Virus record (IMG/VR): IMGVR_UViG_3300008107_005855
Coordinates: 1 to 64,000 of that record
DNA length: 64,000 nucleotides
Strand: one strand, 5' to 3'
Origin: a virus
Numbering within the stretch: position 1 is the stretch's first letter; each line of letters starts with the position of its first letter. Shown here piece after piece: positions 57,510 through 64,000 of the stretch. Under the pieces are notes generated by a model. The model was not told the origin of the DNA and made no database searches. It was given only the letters and a program-made list of their open reading frames with translations. Made by a program: the position numbers and the translations under genes.

Positions 57510-59742
57510 GTTTGATGTTTTTTACTGGGGAGACAAACCAAATCTGTTTGCGTTTGAACAGCCGGCTGTTAATTTTGAAGAAGCGGTTGCGAAATGTAAA
57601 ACTGAGTTCTTTTGGTTTATTTATGGTGGCAATGATTACACAAACTTTGATTTTGGCTTTGTGCCACCGCCATGGGAAGCCCAGCATACGCATGTATGGC
57701 CGAGCCAATGGCAAAAAGATGGCGGAGTGTACCTGGCCAAAAAAGGTTCGTCTGAACGGTCATGGAACTTTCATAGTGAACAAAAAGTTCGTAGATTGCC
57801 CGATAAAGAAAACTGGTATATTCCCGATGATTACGACACAGAGTTTGATTTCAGCTGGCACCCTGACCCACACGAACCTCCTTATGAATATCATTTCAGC
57901 AGTCAATGGCAACGTAGCAGTGGCATCAAATACATAGTACCCAATAACCAAGGTGTTAAATTTGTAGACGATTTTAAAATATCTACTAACAGTAAAGTTG
58001 ATATATTTTTTATTGATTACGGAAACCCGTTGTCACAAGTTAGATTCGAACGCATAAAAGAAAAACATCCTCAAGTTCAACGAACTAGATTTTTCAACGA
58101 TTTATTTCAAACTGTAAAACGATGCGCTCAAAAAACAAAAACCGGAAGGTTCTGGATAATTAGCAGTCAAATTGATTACTCTGATTTTGACTTTGATTGG
58201 CACAGTGAAAGTTGGCAAACACAAATGATACATGTGTTTGGTAGTCAATGGCAAAAGTGGACTGATACTTTTTTAATTAGTACTCCGACATTTCTGCATC
58301 ATGCCAGCTGGTGTGATGATTTAACCAAGTACCCAGATTTAAATTTTGTCAGTGACCAATTGGTTAAAGTTGATCAAAGAGAAATATATCTAATTGATCA
58401 TTTGAATGGCAATGATGCTGTTGACGAAATACGTAAACAAGTACCAACAGTCAAAGTAACCAGGTTTGTGGAAAGTTATTTGGAAACACTCAAACGAATT
58501 GTTAACACAGTAGAATCGGAATATATCTGGGTTATCAGTAGTGTGTGCGATTACAGCAAATTTGATTTTAGTTGGCATCCCGAGCCTTGGCAAAAAGAAA
58601 TGATTCATGTGTTTCCAAATTCAATTGATATCAAATACGGAGATACCTTTTACATACACATAGAATCTTTTAAAAAACAGATGTACGAATTGGAACTGTT
58701 AGACTGGTTCAATGTTATTAATTATTGCCAAGATCAATCAGTGGAACGTCGATCAATTCCGGTGCATGTGTATGAATCGGACAACTTAGTTAACGAAATT
58801 AAAAATTATGATTTCACAGCGCCGTATGTTCTGTTCACTAATCAACCAGATTTACAAATACGCTCAGCATTGCCACTATGGTCACAAAAAGATCGTGTAG
58901 TAGAACGAATTAGTGCGTCGGGTGCCACTAGCATAGTACCCCGAGATGTTAAGGGGTTTTTGACACAGCAAATGTACGATTACCCCTACCTACAGACGTC
59001 AAAACATAAGATAAATGACTATTACCTGCACAAAAACTTTCCAGCTCTTGATATTGTGTACATAAGCAACGGCGAACCCGACGAAGAAAAATGGTACGAT
59101 CATTTATGTTATATGAGCAATAGTGACAGTAACAATATACCATGGATACGTGGCATAAATGGTAGAACAGCCGCATATCAGGCAGCGGCACGTGCCAGTA
59201 ACACGCCCTGGTTTTTTGCTGTGTTTGCCAAATTAGAAGTGGTTCCGGATTTTGATTGGCGTTGGATGCCTGACTACTGGCAAGAACCAAAACATTATAT
59301 CTTTAATTCTCGCAATCCGTTAAACGGACTAGAGTACGGACACCAAGGTGCTATTGCTTATAATAAAAGAATGGTTCTAGAAAACAATAACCCTGGAATT
59401 GACTTTACCATGTCCCAGGCGCACGAAGTAGTTCCACTGCTGTCGGGCATTGCACATTTCAATCAAAGTGCCTGGATGACTTGGCGCACTGCTTTTAGGG
59501 AAGTATTAAAACTTAAAATGTTTTTAACTTCCAATCCAACGGTTGAAACCGAACACAGGATCAACGTATGGCTTACCCGTGCCAATGGAAACTATGCTGA
59601 TTGGTGCATTCAAGGAGCACAAGATGCTGTTGAGTATTTTAATCTGGTTGACGGAAACGCAGATGAATTAAAAAAGAGTTATGAGTGGAATTGGTTGTCC
59701 AACTACGCACAAGTCAAACACAATCTAACAGTTGATCAATAA
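57508..59742 (+). CDS. Multi-repeat glycosyltransferase-like protein
   Basis: Four to five FDF(S/D)WH-type repeats plus a C-terminal domain homologous to 41600-42508 (ISNGEP...AAYQAAA...NPLNGLEYGHQG...WRTAFRE). Confidence 0.65.
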   Translation: MFDVFYWGDKPNLFAFEQPAVNFEEAVAKCKTEFFWFIYGGNDYTNFDFGFVPPPWEAQHTHVWPSQWQKDGGVYLAKKGSSERSWNFHSEQKVRRLPDKENWYIPDDYDTEFDFSWHPDPHEPPYEYHFSSQWQRSSGIKYIVPNNQGVKFVDDFKISTNSKVDIFFIDYGNPLSQVRFERIKEKHPQVQRTRFFNDLFQTVKRCAQKTKTGRFWIISSQIDYSDFDFDWHSESWQTQMIHVFGSQWQKWTDTFLISTPTFLHHASWCDDLTKYPDLNFVSDQLVKVDQREIYLIDHLNGNDAVDEIRKQVPTVKVTRFVESYLETLKRIVNTVESEYIWVISSVCDYSKFDFSWHPEPWQKEMIHVFPNSIDIKYGDTFYIHIESFKKQMYELELLDWFNVINYCQDQSVERRSIPVHVYESDNLVNEIKNYDFTAPYVLFTNQPDLQIRSALPLWSQKDRVVERISASGATSIVPRDVKGFLTQQMYDYPYLQTSKHKINDYYLHKNFPALDIVYISNGEPDEEKWYDHLCYMSNSDSNNIPWIRGINGRTAAYQAAARASNTPWFFAVFAKLEVVPDFDWRWMPDYWQEPKHYIFNSRNPLNGLEYGHQGAIAYNKRMVLENNNPGIDFTMSQAHEVVPLLSGIAHFNQSAWMTWRTAFREVLKLKMFLTSNPTVETEHRINVWLTRANGNYADWCIQGAQDAVEYFNLVDGNADELKKSYEWNWLSNYAQVKHNLTVDQ

Positions 59743-60814
59743 TATATTCTACTTCGAGGTCTGACAGTTCAGGATATAATGGCAAAGATAGTACACGTCT
59801 ACTTAATGCACTAGCACAACTTAAAATATCTGGACCGGGCCAGGCTCTATAAATTCCAACTTCGTGCAAAGGTTGCACATAGTGAATCTTGGTTTCAATT
59901 TTTCTATTAGATAACTTTTTTTGTACTTGATCTCTATCGTCTATATCAATAACAAATTTATGATAACAGTGCTGTGAAAAGTTATCGCTATCAATAAGAC
60001 ATCTGGTTTTGGTATTTTTGATTCGTTCGGACCAATACTTGGCAATTGTTTTTCTGCGCGACTGCCATGTATCGATGTATTTTGTTTTTACCAACATATG
60101 AGCACAGTCAATTTCACTCATTCGGCTGTTGGTACCTGTGGCATGATGTGTATTGTTTTTGCCATTGTCTCTCCAGGATAAAACAAAATCAAAAATTGAT
60201 CTGTTATTGGTTACTACTGCACCACCGTTACCATAGCAGGGCAAGTTTTTCATTGGATCAAAACTTATAGCTGACGCTTCACCAATACGAGTGCAGTTGT
60301 CAGATAACCAATGTTGTGCGGCATCTTCAATAATAAATTTATTAGACAGTTCCCACTTTTTCCATTGTGATATGTCTGACAGATGTGAGATCGAAGATCC
60401 ATACAATCCAACTAAAACTACTGCCTGGTAATCAGTGCTACTGGAGATTTTTCTGTAATCAAATATGCCATTTTGATCAGTATCAACAAATTCTACATCC
60501 CATCCAGCTCTAATAAATGCATTTGCTGTGGCCGCATAAGTCAAACTAGGAACAAGTACAGTAGGAGTTGTAACAGAGTCTGATCTGTAGTACTCGGCAA
60601 TTGCTTCTAGTGCCGATGTACCTGAGTGTACGCATACTGCATATTTTGAATGGTTCTTTTTAGCTAGCCAATTTTCAAATTCGGCGGTGTTGTTGCCGTT
60701 CATGAGTTGACCACTGCGTAGCACTTCGTCAGTGGCATCTAAAATCTCTGTGCGGAGATTGTTATACTGTTTTCGGAGACCAGTAAACGGAATTGTTAAG
60801 CCAGTTGAAGTAAT
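59714..60814 (-). CDS. DegT/DnrJ/EryC1/StrS PLP-dependent sugar aminotransferase
   Basis: HSGTSAL, TYAATANA, IIEDAAQ, SFDPMKNL (PLP Lys), GTNSRM, LSLPLYP; family N-terminus IPFTGLRKQYNNLRTEILDATDEVL extends upstream of the tracked GTG 60724 to a probable ATT start at 60814. Confidence 0.88.
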   Translation of the reverse strand: MTSTGLTIPFTGLRKQYNNLRTEILDATDEVLRSGQLMNGNNTAEFENWLAKKNHSKYAVCVHSGTSALEAIAEYYRSDSVTTPTVLVPSLTYAATANAFIRAGWDVEFVDTDQNGIFDYRKISSSTDYQAVVLVGLYGSSISHLSDISQWKKWELSNKFIIEDAAQHWLSDNCTRIGEASAISFDPMKNLPCYGNGGAVVTNNRSIFDFVLSWRDNGKNNTHHATGTNSRMSEIDCAHMLVKTKYIDTWQSRRKTIAKYWSERIKNTKTRCLIDSDNFSQHCYHKFVIDIDDRDQVQKKLSNRKIETKIHYVQPLHEVGIYRAWPGPDILSCASALSRRVLSLPLYPELSDLEVEYIIDQLLDCV

Positions 60815-61730
60815 TTTGAAATCCTTCTTCTACATCTACTTGGGGATCGTATCCTAGAACAGTTCTAGCACGATCGATATTTAATGCACCGCGACTTGGG
60901 AAGTCTGCATCTTTGTCTCTGCACTCAATAGAGCCCTTGCCCACAATCTTCACAATCATCTCTGCGGCTTGCAATAAACTAACACTATGACTCTTGGTAA
61001 TATTGAATGTTTGATTCGCAGATTCAGTAAGAGTAGCGGCAGACACAATACCATCTGCGGCATCATCTACGTAAGTGAAGTCTAACGTTTCCCCTGCCCC
61101 ATTAACCTTAAGAACGCCTCCTCGCATGGCGCCGAGCATAAACTTTGCAACGACTCGGTCCTCGACGTCAAGTGGACCGTAAACAGCACTAGGCCTAATA
61201 ATAGCGTAATCAAAAGCACCGCGCCTGTGATAGTCTTTGACAATGTCTTCTCCTGTTAGTTTCATGATACCGTATTGTCCAATAGGTTTGCAGTCGTAAT
61301 CTTCTACAACTTGATCTTCAAAGTCGCCATATACCATTGAACTTGAAATGTACACAACACGTTCTACTCCGTGCTTTTTGGCACTCTCACAAACATTGAT
61401 CAGGCCCTCCATCATAACTCGACTACCCCATGCAGGGTTAGCATTGACAACTTTCTGTCGGGGAAAACTTGCCATGTGTATAACGACTTCGGGCTTGTGT
61501 TTGTTTACTAACCAATCAAAGTTTTCGGCATTGGTAATGTCGATGTGATAGACATTCTTGCCCGATATCTTTTTTAATCGTTCTGCCATCAAGTAGTCAA
61601 GTTCTGCTTGTGGAATAATTCCGTAGTTGGTACGAGTGTCTGTGATGACAACTTCGTGCCCTTGTGCTTCTAGTCGTTGTACCACATTATGGCCAATAAG
61701 ACCTAGCCCGCCTGTTACTAATATTTTCAT
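60762..61730 (-). CDS. NAD-dependent nucleotide-sugar epimerase/dehydratase (extended SDR)
   Basis: VTGGLGLIG, ISSSMVYG, YGIMK (YxxxK), VYGP, DFTYVDD. Confidence 0.92.
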   Translation of the reverse strand: MKILVTGGLGLIGHNVVQRLEAQGHEVVITDTRTNYGIIPQAELDYLMAERLKKISGKNVYHIDITNAENFDWLVNKHKPEVVIHMASFPRQKVVNANPAWGSRVMMEGLINVCESAKKHGVERVVYISSSMVYGDFEDQVVEDYDCKPIGQYGIMKLTGEDIVKDYHRRGAFDYAIIRPSAVYGPLDVEDRVVAKFMLGAMRGGVLKVNGAGETLDFTYVDDAADGIVSAATLTESANQTFNITKSHSVSLLQAAEMIVKIVGKGSIECRDKDADFPSRGALNIDRARTVLGYDPQVDVEEGFQNYFNWLNNSVYWSPKTV

Positions 61731-61963
61731 TTAACGCCCCATTTTAGCAAAAAAAATGTTTGATCTTTTGGAGATAGTTTTCCTTTGATTATGCATCGAT
61801 ATCCGTAAGTTCTCGGATCAGCAAAAACATGAAACACTGGTTGCTCAATGGCATGTTCCATTATCCATTGACCTTTTTCTGTTGCCTGCCATTCACTGAT
61901 TGGAACAGCCGCATACAAAGTTGGATCCTCGACATCAGAGAGGAAAAATTCGTGTACTATCAT
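61727..61963 (-). CDS. Hypothetical protein
   Basis: 78-aa ORF coupled to thyA and the epimerase; DVEDP..YAA.PI..W. Confidence 0.65.
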   Translation of the reverse strand: MIVHEFFLSDVEDPTLYAAVPISEWQATEKGQWIMEHAIEQPVFHVFADPRTYGYRCIIKGKLSPKDQTFFLLKWGVK

Positions 61964-62874
61964 ACCGCCATTGGTGCTTTGATAGCGGCATGGTGTTGAT
62001 AGTTGTCTAAACGAATATCCGACATTGTAAATTTAGTAATATTATCAATGTCGGGATTCAACCAAAGAGTTGGTTCAGGTAATGGTTCACGAGTTAATTG
62101 TTCTTTTACCTGTTCAACATGATTTAGGTAGATGTGTGCATCGCCGAGTACATGAACGAACTCACCAACCGCTAGGCCGCACACTTGAGCTATCATCGCC
62201 GTTAGTAGGGAGTAGCTTGCGATATTAAAGGGGACACCCAAAAACATGTCACAACTTCTTTGATACATTTGACAACTTAATCGATTGTCATTGCTTACAT
62301 AAAACTGACTAAAGGTATGACACGGGGGCAAGGCCATGCTGTCTAACTCGCCTGGATTCCATGCAGATAATATATGTCGTCTTCCGTGTGGGTCCTTTTT
62401 AATACCGTCAATTAAATTTTGTAATTGGTCAACTTCTTTAAAATGCACATAACCAGCTCGTCTATAAAGACTACCAAAGCTGTCTTTAAATGTTTCTTCT
62501 TTGTGTTCAACTGGTGTACGCCATTTGCGCCATTGCACACCATACACACGACCTAGGTCGCCATCAAACTTTGCTCGATCGCGCCAATAAGGTGCTGTGG
62601 CATTGTCAGTCCAGATGGTGGTCTTTTCTGATTGTCTGCTACCATGTAATATCTCTCGCAGACGTTTTTCGTCCCCTGAACCTTCAATAAACCACAGCAA
62701 TTCACTTACAACACTTTTCCATGCAAGTTTCTTAGTAGTAACAGCAGGAAAGGTATGACTTAAATCATACCTTTGTTGCATGCCAAACAAACTGATAGTA
62801 CCAGTGCCTGTGCGATCTGTTTTTTCTTGTCCCTGTTCAAGGACTTGACGAAGAGCGTTTAAATATTGATTCAT
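61960..62874 (-). CDS. thyA: Thymidylate synthase
   Basis: [50 protein letters not shown]. Confidence 0.97.
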   Translation of the reverse strand: MNQYLNALRQVLEQGQEKTDRTGTGTISLFGMQQRYDLSHTFPAVTTKKLAWKSVVSELLWFIEGSGDEKRLREILHGSRQSEKTTIWTDNATAPYWRDRAKFDGDLGRVYGVQWRKWRTPVEHKEETFKDSFGSLYRRAGYVHFKEVDQLQNLIDGIKKDPHGRRHILSAWNPGELDSMALPPCHTFSQFYVSNDNRLSCQMYQRSCDMFLGVPFNIASYSLLTAMIAQVCGLAVGEFVHVLGDAHIYLNHVEQVKEQLTREPLPEPTLWLNPDIDNITKFTMSDIRLDNYQHHAAIKAPMAV

Positions 62875-63346
62875 ATCTTATTATTGTACATTGTTCTGAT
62901 GAAGTTGCATACCTTTCAGCAAATCCGCCAAGAAAAGATCTTAAATTCATTCTTGTATCTATTCTATACGTTCCTTTGATATAAGTCAAATAAACCTTAT
63001 CCAATATGTTTTTACAATCTTCAAGTACTTGTTTTCCACCAATGATAAAAACATCTTTTCCAGGATTGGCATCGTGTATGCGAACAATTTGGTCAACATA
63101 ATCTTCACCACAAATGGCATGAGCATTGTATACACCAATGGGTCTGTTGGTAATTATGTAGTTTGTTCTGTCAAGTAACGGTTTGGGCATTTTGGGATCA
63201 TCCCAGGTACGTCGACCCATGACCACTATTTGATTTTTAGTGAGTTTTTGAAAATGTGCCATATCTTCTGGCACATGAGGCCATGGCAGTGAACCGTTAA
63301 AACCTATCCCTCCGGATAGGTCACAGGCAAAAATTGCATTAATCAT
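62837..63346 (-). CDS. folA: Dihydrofolate reductase
   Basis: [18 protein letters not shown]....VVMGRRTW...PL..RTN, IIGG. Confidence 0.93.
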   Translation of the reverse strand: MINAIFACDLSGGIGFNGSLPWPHVPEDMAHFQKLTKNQIVVMGRRTWDDPKMPKPLLDRTNYIITNRPIGVYNAHAICGEDYVDQIVRIHDANPGKDVFIIGGKQVLEDCKNILDKVYLTYIKGTYRIDTRMNLRSFLGGFAERYATSSEQCTIIRYESIFKRSSSSP

Positions 63347-63347
63347 T

Positions 63348-63686
63348 TTATAAATTCTTTAACAACTCATCGGTAACTGGTTGTACAGTTTTAGCTACTT
63401 CGTCAATGTTGATGTAGAAATCAATATCTTCGATGTAATCGTCCAATGAGTCAAACCTTTCAGACAGTTCTTTTTGCAACTCTTCTGGGTCGGCTCCGTC
63501 TGCTAAGAATTGTTTTATGTCCAATTCAACTCGAGTATTGTCTTTGAGATGTACCACAATGCAGTTTAGTACTGATAATGGTACATCGTTTTTTTCAACA
63601 GACTTTAAAATTTTTTCCCATTGAGACCTAACACTAACGTTAAGCTTCTTGCTTCTTCGCGGTTTTTTTGGTTTTTGTTGTGACAT
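63348..63686 (-). CDS. Hypothetical protein
   Basis: 112-aa ORF in operon orientation. Confidence 0.65.
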   Translation of the reverse strand: MSQQKPKKPRRSKKLNVSVRSQWEKILKSVEKNDVPLSVLNCIVVHLKDNTRVELDIKQFLADGADPEELQKELSERFDSLDDYIEDIDFYINIDEVAKTVQPVTDELLKNL

Positions 63687-64000
63687 TCTTTGCGCCCGAG
63701 TCTAAATTTTTAGCTTCTTGTTCAAGTCGAGTTGCTTCCGCAATCAAACTTTCAGCTTGCTTTTTCATTTCTTTAGCCTGGGCTAGTCTAGAAATAGCCA
63801 AATCATTGTCTGTTAATACTTCTGCTACATAACTCTCGGCTGAAGTATTGCCGCGAACTTGTGAGTTGCTTCTACTATTTACCGGTGCGCCAACTTCTTT
63901 GGCGTCTGCGTTTCTTGGTCTTTTCTTGGTTTGCAAACCTTGATTGGCATCTAAGTCTGCTAATTTTTTAATGGCTTCTTCGCCTAAATCCATCTTGTCA
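63640..64000 (-). CDS. Hypothetical coiled-coil protein, 5' truncated by the window edge
   Basis: Open frame running to the window end; C-terminal coiled coil and Lys-rich tail. Confidence 0.55.
   Translation of the reverse strand, partial: DKMDLGEEAIKKLADLDANQGLQTKKRPRNADAKEVGAPVNSRSNSQVRGNTSAESYVAEVLTDNDLAISRLAQAKEMKKQAESLIAEATRLEQEAKNLDSGAKNVTTKTKKTAKKQEA

Noticed and set aside
61960-62874. ThyA as a dCMP/dUMP hydroxymethylase supplying hypermodified DNA bases to the glycosyltransferases
   Set aside because: It has the canonical YQRSCDxxLGVPFN (Asn) signature and sits next to DHFR, as expected for an ordinary thymidylate synthase
1-64000. Alternative genetic code (TAG or TGA recoding), as in some jumbo phages
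   Set aside because: Coding density is near complete under the standard code, including a 4362-codon ORF, and genes end at TAA, TGA and TAG
1-64000. CRISPR arrays, tRNA genes, IS elements, integrases, introns or inteins
   Set aside because: No regularly spaced direct repeats, cloverleafs, transposase or intein motifs were seen by eye; thyA and gp46/47 are uninterrupted

Overview
A 64-kb fragment of a large, AT-rich, T4-superfamily-like myovirus (probably a jumbo phage) using the standard genetic code, with four blocks. (1) 1-308 (+) is the end of a baseplate-hub/tail-assembly chaperone pair with a candidate -1 frameshift, followed by a ~350-nt highly structured non-coding region. (2) 730-10417 (-) is a recombination/late-transcription operon: gp55-like late sigma, gp47/Mre11, gp46/Rad50 and a Holliday-junction resolvase, interrupted by AT-rich accessory ORFs and two radical-SAM genes. 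(3) 10542-39249 (+) is the late baseplate/tail operon: tube-initiator-like protein, gp53, hub, gp5 with a lysozyme-like domain, gp25, gp6, a 4362-aa wedge protein and two paralogous fibres. (4) 39301-61730 is a ~22-kb biosynthetic island directly behind the fibre genes. It holds several GT-A glycosyltransferase-like genes, six tandem radical-SAM paralogues with N-terminal Cys domains, two SGNH proteins, a carbamoyltransferase, an APS-kinase/nucleotidyltransferase fusion, a DegT aminotransferase and an NDP-sugar epimerase, and is followed by thyA and DHFR. The island looks like a phage-encoded pathway that builds and heavily tailors a glycan, possibly on the virion; that purpose is inference. 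All product calls come from motif recognition by eye, with no database searches.
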